Under the pieces are notes generated by a model. The model did no database searches. It was not told the origin of the DNA and was given only the letters and a program-made list of their open reading frames with translations. The position numbers and the translations under genes were made by a program. Of a stretch of 64,000 nucleotides of DNA, positions 38,859 to 48,879 are shown in pieces. How positions within the stretch are numbered: the first letter of the stretch is position 1; the number at the start of each line of letters is the position of its first letter. This DNA comes from an uncultured delta proteobacterium (GTDB lineage Bacteria > Myxococcota_A > Polyangia > Polyangiales > Polyangiaceae): contig CAWJCS010000003.1 in assembly GCA_963841435.1 (NCBI GenBank), positions 1,120,001 through 1,184,000 of the forward strand. The letters run 5' to 3'.

Positions 38859-40757
38859 CACCACATGCTCGCCGTGAGCGAGAAGGTGTCCGAATCGGGC
38901 TCGACCCAGGGCGTGTCGCGCGGCGGGTAACCCTGCCGCACGGTCACGGCCGAGCCGTACATCCAGTGCGAGTACTGCAGCGTCACCTGGTCCTGGCTGT
39001 TGAAGTCCGTCCGGAAGATCAAGCGCGGTGAGATGATGGCAAACGTCTTGGCCATCAGGTCCGTGTCACCGAGCACTCGATCATAGCGCACGCCACCCGC
39101 GAGCCAAGACAGCGCGCTGTACGTCGCCTCGGCGCCGTATTTCAGCTTGTTCACGCCGTCGTAGATCGGGCGCCCGCCGGGCCGATCGTAAAGCACGTCA
39201 CCATTGTCGAGGCGAAGCTCGGTCGTTTTGTCGTCGCTCGTCACGTGCGTGAACATGCCGAACAGGCTCACGATGATGTCGGGGCCGTAGCCCGAGAACG
39301 GGTGCGGGGCGCGAACGATTTCTCCGATGCTCACGTCGTACTGCGCGCCGATCGTCGCAAGCTTCCCGTTGCCACCAGACTCGGGACCGAAGTACTCGCG
39401 CATGAGCCCGGGCCCACCCGCCGTGTTGAGCACGCGAACGACTCCCGAGACGCTGCGCGCGTCCTTGGCGGAAGTGAGCGACCCGGCGAGGTACGCGCGG
39501 CCGAACGGAGCGAACTGACCCTCCAGGTCGGCGCCGAACACGGAAATGCTGCCGTCGGGCTGGCTCGGCGCCGTGCGATCGTCGTGCGTCCAGGCGACGA
39601 CCGAGTGCAGGCCGACCATCGCCTGCGCGCCGAGCGCGAGCCCCAGATGCTCGTGGTGCGCGAAGCTCGTGCCGACGTTGGGGTCGGCGAAATCGTTCCA
39701 GCCGGCGGGCTCGACGCCGAGCGGCGCTCGATCCCACTGGCCCATCATGCCGATCTCGGCGAGTAGCGCGAGGTCGCCCGTGATCGGCACGCTGGCGCGC
39801 GTCGTTTCGCCGACGCCGGCGACGCGTGCGATGACGGGCGTGTCGTAGCGGCCGGTGTCGTACTCGCCCATCGAGCCGTAGCGGTTCGCGAACGCGCCCA
39901 CGTCGAACTCAACGTCGGCGGCCTCCCAGTGGGGAGTGAACGTCAAGAAGGCGTCGTTGATGCCGAGCTGGGTCGGGGGGTTGAAGTAGCCCTGCGCGTT
40001 GCTCACGCTCTTCGCCGCGATGATGACGTTGGCGACAACGTCGGTATTGCCGAAAGAGAAACCGAGCTGAACCCACGGCTCGGGCACGGTGCCCGTGTGC
40101 TCGAAGCGCTCGTGCTCGTCGGGGACGACGGGCGGGCCGTGCATCACCGTCGTGTACTGGGTCTTCAGCGGGTGCTCGCGCTGGTTGATGCCGAGCCGGA
40201 ACGGCACGTTGAGAAAGCCGTGGAAGTCGAACTTCCAGTCGTTCGAAGAAACCGATTTCAGGCCGTACGACGGATGCAGCCGACCCGGCAGCGAGGCCGT
40301 GTCGGGCGTCGCGAGCGCGAGCCCGAGCAGCGGGTGCTTGGGCTCTTCCTTCTTCTTCTTGGGCACCGTTCAACGCCTGAGCGGCGGTCGCGCTCGAGGC
40401 GGCCCCCGTCGTGACCGTGCTCGCTTCGGGTGCAGGAGTCGGCGCCGGCGCGGGGACCGCCGCAGGAGCCACGGGAGCTTCGGGCGCAGGCGTGCCGGGC
40501 GCGGGCGCGGCCGGTGTCGCCGGGGCAGCGGCATCCGGAGCAGCGGGGCTCGCGGGAGCGGTCGGCGCAGCCGGGGAAGGCGCGGCCGTAGCGGGCGTCG
40601 GTGCAGGTGCCGCGGGCGCAGTGGTCGGAGCCGGTGCCGCGGCAGGTGCGGCGGCGGTTGGTGGCGGTGGAGCCGCGGCGGGCTTCGTCTGGGCGTACGA
40701 GACGCCCGGCGCGAGCGCCGCGGTGACTCCAAGGATTAGTGCAGGGCTAGGCTTCAT
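38855..40757 (-). CDS. Outer-membrane beta-barrel protein (paralog 2), frameshift near 40370
   Basis: Signal peptide plus Pro/Ala linker (from 40757) joins the barrel ORF 38855-40366; amphipathic strands; ends in MWW. Confidence 0.75.
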
Positions 40758-40759
40758 GG

Positions 40760-42745
40760 TCACCACCACAGGGTTCCGAAGACGGCGAGCAGGTCCTCGT
40801 CGGGTTGGTCGGTTTGGTTCGAGACTTGGCCGCCCGAGTTCAGCGTCACGAGGTGAAAGTCCGAACGGTAGAGAAACCTCGAGTATTGGACGGTGAGCGC
40901 CTCACGCGCCGACCAGCCGCTCTTGAAAACGGCCTTGGCGGTGAGGACGGTGTACGAGTTGTCGTTCTGATTCGGGTAGAGGAGGCATTCACCCTTCGGA
41001 CCGACGTGATTCGAGCCGCACACCCGCTGGAGCTCGTCGGGTGGGAGATTCAACGCCTTCGGTGCGTGGGCGTACGGCACCGCGCGGTCGATGCGACCGG
41101 TCATCGCGAGCCACGAGAGGAACGAATAGGTGCCCTCGATGCCGAGCTTGTACTTGTCCTCACCGTCGCGCGCGGGATCGTCGGCGGTGATGTGCGCGTA
41201 CATGCCGTAGAGGGTGAGCTTGAGATCGGGACCTTCACCGAAGAACTCGTCCGGGTAGCGCAAGAGCTCTCCGAGGCTCACCGTGTATTCGGCGCCCGCG
41301 AGCAGGAGCCTGCCGCGCCCGTCGTCGTTGTTGCGCCCGAAGTAGCGGTCCATGAGGTCACGGCCACCGCCCGCGTTCAGGATCTGCACGACGCCGGAAA
41401 CGGTGCGAATGCGGTCGGCCGTCACGTGCGAAACGCCGAGGTACAGGTGACCGAAGCGCTTGAGCTTCATGCTCACGTCGGCCGCGAGGATCTGGAGCGA
41501 GCCGTCGGCGTGGTCTAGCTCCGGGTGCTCCTCGGTCGGCGTGGCCGGCGCATGGCCGGCGTAGCCGGCGCGCAGGTTGCCGAGCGCGACGTCGTCGCCC
41601 GTGTCGTCACGCGACGATGCCTGGATGTAGTGCAGCGCCGGACGGATCATCCCGGCGTACTCGGCGCCGAGGTGCAGGTGGTTGACGAAGGTCTGCCCCT
41701 CCCAGGGTTTCGCCCAGTTGTTCGTGGGGCCAACGGGCAGGTCGGCGGGCGGACGATCGAGGTTCGACTTGATGCCGTGCTCGACGTCGACGACCCAGTC
41801 CTTGCCGATCGGCAGTGAGGCGGAGAGCGTTTCTCCGACGCCGGGAATCGTCGCGATGAGCGGCGCGCCGTATTGGCCACTCGAGTACTCGGCCATCCAG
41901 CCGTAGCGATCCTCGTAAACACCGACCTTCCAGGTGAGCTTGACCGGGTCGAGCCCGCGAGGCTGATAGGTGAGAAACGCGTCGCGCACCCAGAGCTGCG
42001 CGTTCGGCATGAACGAGCCCGCCGACTCCATGGCCTCGGAGAGATCCCAGGCGCCGAGCGAGATGGTCGCCGTGACCATCGGCGTGACGTACGCGAAGCG
42101 AAGCTCCGCCCACGTGTACGGCACGACGTTGGTGTTCTCGAACACGTTGCCGCGCGGCACGAGCGGATCGCCGTGCCACACGGTCTTCTCCTGGCCTTCG
42201 CGGGCGCGCGAGCGCGAATTGAAGCCCGCGCGGCCGCCGCCCTGCAGGTAGCCGTGGAACTCGAGCTTCGAGCCCTCTTGCGGCCGATAAGGAGCGCCGA
42301 ACGCGGGCGCGATCGCCGCTGGCAGCACCGACTGCAACCCAGGGACATGGGGCGAGAGTCCGAGCCCCTGGCGTTCACGGTGGCCCGGCAGGTAGCCCGT
42401 CGGGGGCATCGGCGGCTCGCCGAGGCCTTCGTCGAGATCTTCCTCTTCTTCGGGGGCGGGCGTCGCGACTCGCGCGGCGGCCGCGGGTGGTGAAGACGGC
42501 GCGGCCGGCGCAGCGGCTCCGGGCGCGGTCGGTGCGGATGCGGCGGAACCGCCAGGCGCCACCCGAGCCGCGGGCGCATCCGACCCAGCAGCTCCTGCGG
42601 GTGCCGTCGGTGCCGCCGGCGCCGTCGGCACGATCGGCGCGGGAGGCGCGGGGGTCTGCGCGAGACCGCGCTCGGTCGCGAGCAGGAACGCGACGGCCGA
42701 CAACAGAGCGAGCGGGCTCGAGACCGCACGCCGAACCGGCGTCAT
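40760..42745 (-). CDS. Outer-membrane beta-barrel protein (paralog 1)
   Basis: Signal peptide, Pro/Ala linker and many blocks shared with 38855-40757; ends in LWW; ATGA overlap with the upstream gene. Confidence 0.75.
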   Translation of the reverse strand: MTPVRRAVSSPLALLSAVAFLLATERGLAQTPAPPAPIVPTAPAAPTAPAGAAGSDAPAARVAPGGSAASAPTAPGAAAPAAPSSPPAAAARVATPAPEEEEDLDEGLGEPPMPPTGYLPGHRERQGLGLSPHVPGLQSVLPAAIAPAFGAPYRPQEGSKLEFHGYLQGGGRAGFNSRSRAREGQEKTVWHGDPLVPRGNVFENTNVVPYTWAELRFAYVTPMVTATISLGAWDLSEAMESAGSFMPNAQLWVRDAFLTYQPRGLDPVKLTWKVGVYEDRYGWMAEYSSGQYGAPLIATIPGVGETLSASLPIGKDWVVDVEHGIKSNLDRPPADLPVGPTNNWAKPWEGQTFVNHLHLGAEYAGMIRPALHYIQASSRDDTGDDVALGNLRAGYAGHAPATPTEEHPELDHADGSLQILAADVSMKLKRFGHLYLGVSHVTADRIRTVSGVVQILNAGGGRDLMDRYFGRNNDDGRGRLLLAGAEYTVSLGELLRYPDEFFGEGPDLKLTLYGMYAHITADDPARDGEDKYKLGIEGTYSFLSWLAMTGRIDRAVPYAHAPKALNLPPDELQRVCGSNHVGPKGECLLYPNQNDNSYTVLTAKAVFKSGWSAREALTVQYSRFLYRSDFHLVTLNSGGQVSNQTDQPDEDLLAVFGTLWW

Positions 42746-43746
42746 CGCTTCCTCCGATAAAAGCCGATGTCGTCGAGCCAGAGATCCCAGGAGCCACGCC
42801 CGTACTCGACGGCGATGGAAAAGAGGTCGCTCGTATCGAGACCGGGCGAGGCCGCACCCCAGCCACCCTGCTGCAGCTCCGAAAACGGCACGCGGTAGAC
42901 GGTGAACGTGGGGTCGAGCGTGATGAACTTCGACCACTTGTCACAGCCGTCGGCGCTGTCGTTCTGATTCGTGTATGGGTTGCAGATGCAGCCTTTGTCG
43001 TCCGTCGCGCGATCGGCGGCGCGCACCTTCACGGACGCCTGGCTGCCCGGCCCGATGCGCGCCCAGAGCACGATGCCGTCCCACTCGCTCGCGTCGAAGC
43101 CGATGCACCCCTTCTGACCGCGCGTGGTTGCATCGCCAATCGAGCACGCGCCGACGTCGGGAACGCCGGGGTCGAGTGGGCAGTAGTACGGCGCCGTGGT
43201 TGGATCCTTGAGATCCGTGGGCTCGTTCGGGGGACAGCGCGTGAGCGTCTGGCCGAGCTGCCCGCCGTTGTTCGTGAGGTTGCCCGTCACGATGTGCATG
43301 GCGCCGTGCGCCTCGGGCTCCAAAACGGCGGGGCACTCGCCGCGGGGCGTCTGTGCCGAGGGCTCCCCAATGACGGGGGTCACGAGCTCGCAAACGCGAG
43401 CGGCGTCGGCCAACGGCGCCACACCCACGCAGCGCCCCCCGGGAATGACGCTCAAGTGCGGCGGCTCGTTGGTGTCGACGGGCGGATCCTGCTCGGCGGT
43501 ACGGTCGTTGTTCACGTACCAGGCCTGGCTGGTGACGTACGGCTCGAAGTCGTCGAGCAACATCACCTCGAAGCCGTCGAGCGCGTTGCAATCGACCGGG
43601 CCACCCCAGGTGTCAGGGTAGTCGGCGAGTGGCACGATGGGCCGGCACGCGTTCGCGGGGGCGGACCGCCTCGGCACGTCGCTATTGCCTCCGCACGCCG
43701 CCACGCAAAGCCCGAGCGCCGCGAGCAGAAAGAGACGCCGAATCAT
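42742..43746 (-). CDS. CBM11/CIA30-like carbohydrate-binding lipoprotein
   Basis: Lipobox VAAC; 'LLDDFE', 'DASEWDGIVLWAR', 'VPFSELQQGGWG' and 'WDLWLDDIGFY'. Confidence 0.72.
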   Translation of the reverse strand: MIRRLFLLAALGLCVAACGGNSDVPRRSAPANACRPIVPLADYPDTWGGPVDCNALDGFEVMLLDDFEPYVTSQAWYVNNDRTAEQDPPVDTNEPPHLSVIPGGRCVGVAPLADAARVCELVTPVIGEPSAQTPRGECPAVLEPEAHGAMHIVTGNLTNNGGQLGQTLTRCPPNEPTDLKDPTTAPYYCPLDPGVPDVGACSIGDATTRGQKGCIGFDASEWDGIVLWARIGPGSQASVKVRAADRATDDKGCICNPYTNQNDSADGCDKWSKFITLDPTFTVYRVPFSELQQGGWGAASPGLDTSDLFSIAVEYGRGSWDLWLDDIGFYRRKR

Positions 43747-44469
43747 CGCTCGCCTCCTTCACAGACGAACGCGATGTCGTCGATCCAGATGTCGTAGTCC
43801 CGACCGGCGCCGTTGAACTCCCACTCGAGCTTGAGCACCTGGTCCGTCTGGAGGGACGGATAGGGCTCGCCCCAGCCGGCGCGCTGCTGCATCCACTCGA
43901 AGCGAATCGTGTACTTTCGCCACTCGGGCTCGAGCGCGAGCACGATGCCGAAGTCGTTGTAGCAATCCTTGCAGATGCCGCCCTCGGGGCCCGTGTGCAC
44001 GTCGGGGATCTCGAAGCGCACACGCCCCGGGCCCTTGGCCCAGAAGGTGACACCCGAATACTTCGATGCGTCGTAGGGACCGTGCGGCTCGGTGAACCAG
44101 AGCCCAATGCCCGCGTAGATGCTGTTGCCGGTCGACGCCATGTGACCGCTCATGTGCGCGGCGCCCTTCGAGCCGAGTCGTCCGGGCGAGCCCATCTTGA
44201 AGGGCCAACCTTGCGGCGAGATTGTCGAGCCTGACGGATCGACGAACGAGAACCAGTAGCCGCCACGGCCTTCGAGCGTGCGGCCGCGCGGATCGAGATC
44301 CTCGCCGTCCTCGATGATGGCGTTCTCGCCGCAGGGCGGGACGTTCGAGCTCCTTGGCCTGCGCCGTCGAGCCGTACTCCCAGGCGGGCGCCGTGATGCA
44401 GCCGGTCCCGACGAGCGCCGCACCGGCAAGCAAGAAAAGCTCGAGCGAACGCGGCATCGGCCTAGCCAT
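43743..44469 (-). CDS. CBM11/CIA30-like lipoprotein, frameshift near 44350
   Basis: Lipobox GTGC in one frame joins 'IEDGED..GRGGYWFSF', 'DASKYSGVTFWAKG', 'QRAGWG' and 'YDIWIDDIAF'. Confidence 0.72.
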
Positions 44470-45856
44470 GGCCTCCCTGCACCCAGCCGTACGCGACGAG
44501 CAGCGCGGGCCGGCGAACGCTCACGAACGGCGATTTCTTACCGCTGCCGGGGCCTGCGTTGAGGCACGCCGGCGCTTCGTTGGCGAAGCGCCGCGCGTAC
44601 TCGCCGAGCAGCTTGCCCGTCGCGTCGTCCTTGTAAAACGCGTAGTGGTCGTAATCGGGATAGCGCGGCTTGTCCTCGTCGATGCCGGAGAGGATCCACG
44701 GCAAGAAGCCGTTGCCACCGCGCCGGAGCATGATCTCGTTCCAGCGGTGGTAAGCGCGCCGCCGCTCGGGCCAACCCTTGATGACCTCACCGAGATTGCC
44801 CTCGGAACGCTCGACCCTCGCGCCGTACTCTTCCAGCACGCTCGGCTTGCCGAGTCTACGCGCAACGCGCAGGTGGTCGTCGATCCACTTCTCGCCCCAT
44901 TCGAGCTTCGCGCCCCAGTCCTCGGGGTAGCTGTGGAACGTCTGGAAATCGACGCCCGCGAGCGCCGTCAGCGCCTCGTTGTCGACGCCGTCGTTCGCCT
45001 TGTAGGCCCAGTGGTCGCCACCGCCGTTCAGAAAGCCCTCGTCGCCGACGGAGACCATGTGATTCTGATCGAGCGACTTGATGTATTTCGACATCTCGTC
45101 GGCCCAGTCGGTGAGCGTGCTCGTCGTCCAGCCGGTGCCGCGGTCGAAAGAGTTGCCACCCTTCATGCGCGGCTCGTTGGCGAGCTCCCAGGAAAAAACG
45201 GCTGGATCGTCCTTGTAGAGCCGGCCGTTGATGGTGTTCCTGCGCGTGACGACGTGCGCGACCCAATCTTTGTAGGCCTGCTTCACCTCGGGCGCCGTGA
45301 AAAACTCGTCGTGTTTGTCGCGGCCGTACCACATCAGGTACTGGTCCACGCCGCCGAAGGCGCGCCAGTTGTTGATGAGGACGACGATGATCTTGAGGTT
45401 TAGCTCCGCGGCCTTCGCGAGCGCGTAGTCGAGGCGTTCGAGGCCGTCCGGGCCGTCGTTGTACGCAGGGGCCTTCTTCGCCGGGTCCCAGTACTGAAAA
45501 TAGACGCCCTGCTTGTCGCCGCCGTCGGGATCGGCATTGGGGACGCTGCCGTCGAGCGAGCCGCGGTCCATCATGCCCCAGATGCGCATGACGCGAAAAT
45601 CGAGCGCGACTGCCGCCTCGTACAGATCGTCGACGACGGGGCGCGGCTTGAAGATCGGATAGTAGTTGTTCGAGCCCGCGAAGCAGAAGGGCTCGCCGTC
45701 GACCTCGAAGTTCGCGGGCGGGTGCTCTTTCACGTCGAGCGCCGACGACGCGTAGCGGTCCGGCGTTTTGAGGCAACCCGTGAGCGCGAGGGCAAGCGCG
45801 CAGGCAGACAGACCCCGCCGCGCCAGGGTTGCTGCGAGAAAGTTGCCCAGGGTCAT
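44462..45856 (-). CDS. GH5 endo-beta-1,4-mannanase-like lipoprotein
   Basis: 'FAGSNNYY', 'RLDYALAKA', 'NNW..FGG..QY', 'WELANEPR', 'VSVGDEGF', 'FHSYP' and 'LEEYG'. Confidence 0.88.
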   Translation of the reverse strand: MTLGNFLAATLARRGLSACALALALTGCLKTPDRYASSALDVKEHPPANFEVDGEPFCFAGSNNYYPIFKPRPVVDDLYEAAVALDFRVMRIWGMMDRGSLDGSVPNADPDGGDKQGVYFQYWDPAKKAPAYNDGPDGLERLDYALAKAAELNLKIIVVLINNWRAFGGVDQYLMWYGRDKHDEFFTAPEVKQAYKDWVAHVVTRRNTINGRLYKDDPAVFSWELANEPRMKGGNSFDRGTGWTTSTLTDWADEMSKYIKSLDQNHMVSVGDEGFLNGGGDHWAYKANDGVDNEALTALAGVDFQTFHSYPEDWGAKLEWGEKWIDDHLRVARRLGKPSVLEEYGARVERSEGNLGEVIKGWPERRRAYHRWNEIMLRRGGNGFLPWILSGIDEDKPRYPDYDHYAFYKDDATGKLLGEYARRFANEAPACLNAGPGSGKKSPFVSVRRPALLVAYGWVQGGHG

Positions 45857-45906
45857 CGAGCTGAAACGCTTTAGTACCGGACTTTCCGCGATTGAGTCAA
45901 GGGCCG

Positions 45907-47213
45907 CTACCAGCCCATCAGATCGGCGACGACGGGAATCAGCTGCGTGTGGCCATTCCACTCTTGGGTGCCGGCGATCTGGGCGTGCTCGTCGCCGCTC
46001 GGGTGGGAGCTGCAGCCGCGACCAATCGTGCGGTCGATGGGTTGGCTCTTCACCGAATCGATTCCCATCGAAGAGTAGTGCTCTTCGACGGCTGCGATGG
46101 ATTCATCCAGATCGTCGCGGAACGTGTACGTCTCGTCGGGATAGTTGTTGCCGAGCATGGGGCTGCCGAGCAGCAAGAACTTCGCGTCGGGGTAGTACGC
46201 GTCGCTCATCAGCTTGTCGATGAAGTCGATGTAGTTCGACACGTACTCGTCAACCGAAATCTTGGGATGGTTCGCGAGCACGTCGCCCGGCGAAAAGTCG
46301 TTCGTTCCGAGAACGATGAGCACGAGGTCCGGCACGAAGCCCTTGGGATCCCACGCCGGCGAATCCGGATCCTGCAAGAGCACGCTGTCGTACACCTCGG
46401 GCAGCGGGCGCAGATCGTCATCCGGGCTGCTCGAGTAGGTGTGCATGAGCCCGATGCCGGACACCGCGACCGCCTGGAAGTCGGCATCGAAGTGCTCGGC
46501 GACGAGCGAGCCGAACGCCTTGTACGCGTTGTGGTACGGCACGCCCCAGTTGTCCTCGGCGCACATGGTATCGAACGTGACGCCGTCGGGGCGGTCGTCC
46601 ACGGGGATGAGGTCGTCACCCACGCCGCAGCTGATGGAATCCCCGATGATCACGACCTTTCGGTCCGGCGCCGGGGGCGCTTCGAGCGCATCACCGGCGA
46701 ACCCGAAGCCGCGAAACGTCACGTTGCCGATGCTCGACTCCGTGCGCTTCACGAAGACTGCCGTGTGCTCACCGGCCGCGAGGCCCCACACGGCGGGGTA
46801 TTCCGTCTGACCCGGCTTCGGCGCGATCTTCGCGCGCCGCTCGCAATCGCTGCCCTGATCGACGATCACGTCGAAGTAGTTGCGGCGACCCCAGCGAAAT
46901 TCGTCTTCGAGCTTGACCGAAATCGCGGTGCCGTCGAAGCGCACCTTCGCGTAGGCCGCGGGAGCCGAGTAGAGCGGCCCCTTGGGGTCCGAAAATCCAT
47001 GCGCCCGCCGTACGAGATCGCGGGATCGTCCGCGTCGATCGAGCTCGTCATGTCGGGCGCCTTGTCGGGGCCGCCCCCGACCGTGCCGCAGAGGCTCTCC
47101 TTTGCCGGGGCCGCGGCGTCGTCGTCACCGCCCGAGCAAGCGCCCATGATCGGCGCGGCAGCCAGTACTGCAAGGATCGCCGCGCGGTCGAAATTCAGAC
47201 GAAGTGGCGCCAT
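45907..47213 (-). CDS. CE2-like SGNH acetylesterase lipoprotein, frameshift in the A-run at ~46992
   Basis: Lipobox MGAC; N-terminal beta domain 'KRTES', then 'IGDSISCG', 'AVSGIG', 'LGTNDF' and 'HPS..EH'. Confidence 0.8.
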
Positions 47214-47316
47214 CGGCGCCCACAAGAAACACGAGCCAGAGTCCGGTGCAACCCTCAACTTTTGAGACGCTGCGCCGCTTTTGGCAGGATTTAGAGGTGC
47301 GCGCCGCGGCGCGGCG

Positions 47317-48879
47317 TCAGGCTGGCGCGGTCCAAAGCCCCGAAATTGGCGAGGCTCCCGTCGTTACGAACGTGGGTGTCTCGTTCGCCTTGATCGCACC
47401 GAGCGGATCGCTGGTCTTGAGGAAGGCCTGGGCGACCGACAGCCACACGTCGTTGTGCGAGCGGTTGGAATTCTGGAAATTCTGGAATTGTCCGCCCTTC
47501 ATGCCGAGGGCTTTGCCGCCGAAGATGAGCGCGGGGATGTTCGAGCGGGGCAGGTGAGCCGCCTGGGCAACCTCGGTCACGTAAGGCACGACGGTGTGGT
47601 CGAGCAGGGTGTTGCCGTAAACGTCGGTTGCCGACTTGAAGCTGTTCAGGATGTCGGCGGTCTTGGCGTTGTACCAAGTGTTCACGTTCACCAAGAACTC
47701 GAAGATCGAGGCGTTGGTGCCGCTCGTGGGTGGGGAACCGTCGAAGAACGCCGGGTCCTGCACCTTGTGGCTCAAGGGGTGGTGCATGTAGATGGCGTTC
47801 GTATCGGCCGGGTACATGCCCTTGAACGAGACGTGGTTCGTGCCGGGCGACCACTGGAAGGTCGCGACGCGGATGAGGTCGCACTGGAAGGCGGCCATGA
47901 TGATGCCGGCGTGCACCTTGCCGACCTGCTCGTGGAGCGCGTCGTCCGCGGTGTTCGTCAGCGGGTTATCGTAGTCGAACTTCGAGCCCGTCTTGCCGAG
48001 CAGGTTCGGATCGGGCGCGGCCGGAGCCATGCAGCCCATGCTCGATGGCGTGGGGTTCGCGAGCTGGTCGGAGATCTGAAGCTCGATCTTGCGGATCGCT
48101 TCCGCGTGCAGATCGATCTTCGAGGCTTCGCTGCCGGGCGCGATGAGCTTGATGCTGGCGAGCTCGCCGAGCGCGTAGTCGAGCACGCTCTTTCTCGCGC
48201 GGAGCGCCCTCAAAATCGCGTCCTCGTTGCCCGTCGAGCCGCCCGGCATGAAGTTGCCGAACAGGTTCATGTAGAGCTGCACGGGGCTCAGCACCGGCAG
48301 GAGCGGCGTGGCCTCGCTGAGCTGGCCACCGGGGCGCGCGGAAGCGATCGAGCGCTTCGTGTACGAGTACGAAAGGCACTGCGTCGAGGTCTCGTACGAA
48401 TCGATGCGCGCATCGCAGATGGCGTTGGCGTAACCCGCACCGGAGCGCTGGAGATCGGGCACGTTCTTGAGCAGGATCTGATCCCACGAAGGGCCGCCCG
48501 CGCAGCCGTCGTCGTCCTCACCCTGGTTGTCGCGGGTGCCCGGGGAGTTCGCGCCGGTCGTCATGAAGGGCGTCCCGTCCTCGTGACCACCGCCCAGGCC
48601 CGTGAAGCCGTGCTTCAGGCCGTAGAGCACGATCATGTCCTCGCGCAGCCCCGCGTCCTCGAACGGCTGCAAGATGCGCGACGTCGTGTAGCTCGTGCCG
48701 CTGCCGCTCGGCACCCAGTGGTAGCGAAGGGTGCCCACGGGCCAGTGCGTCATCAGGAAGCGCGGCGGCGAGGTCATGCCCTGGGCCTGCGCCTCGAGGT
48801 TCTCGAGCATGAGCTTTAGCCCGATGGCGCCGCCGATGCTGCCGAGGAAGGCGCGTCGCGTGAAGCGATACGATCTCAT
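47317..48879 (-). CDS. DUF1552 family protein (Tat-exported)
   Basis: 'TRRAFLG', 'SWDQ', 'KSVLD', 'AFQCD..RVATFQ' and 'TLLDHT'. Confidence 0.85.
   Translation of the reverse strand: MRSYRFTRRAFLGSIGGAIGLKLMLENLEAQAQGMTSPPRFLMTHWPVGTLRYHWVPSGSGTSYTTSRILQPFEDAGLREDMIVLYGLKHGFTGLGGGHEDGTPFMTTGANSPGTRDNQGEDDDGCAGGPSWDQILLKNVPDLQRSGAGYANAICDARIDSYETSTQCLSYSYTKRSIASARPGGQLSEATPLLPVLSPVQLYMNLFGNFMPGGSTGNEDAILRALRARKSVLDYALGELASIKLIAPGSEASKIDLHAEAIRKIELQISDQLANPTPSSMGCMAPAAPDPNLLGKTGSKFDYDNPLTNTADDALHEQVGKVHAGIIMAAFQCDLIRVATFQWSPGTNHVSFKGMYPADTNAIYMHHPLSHKVQDPAFFDGSPPTSGTNASIFEFLVNVNTWYNAKTADILNSFKSATDVYGNTLLDHTVVPYVTEVAQAAHLPRSNIPALIFGGKALGMKGGQFQNFQNSNRSHNDVWLSVAQAFLKTSDPLGAIKANETPTFVTTGASPISGLWTAPA

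Noticed and set aside
40340-40380. Programmed ribosomal frameshifting in the barrel, CBM and CE2 genes
   Set aside because: No consistent slippery heptamer or stimulatory structure, and similar breaks are scattered across unrelated genes.
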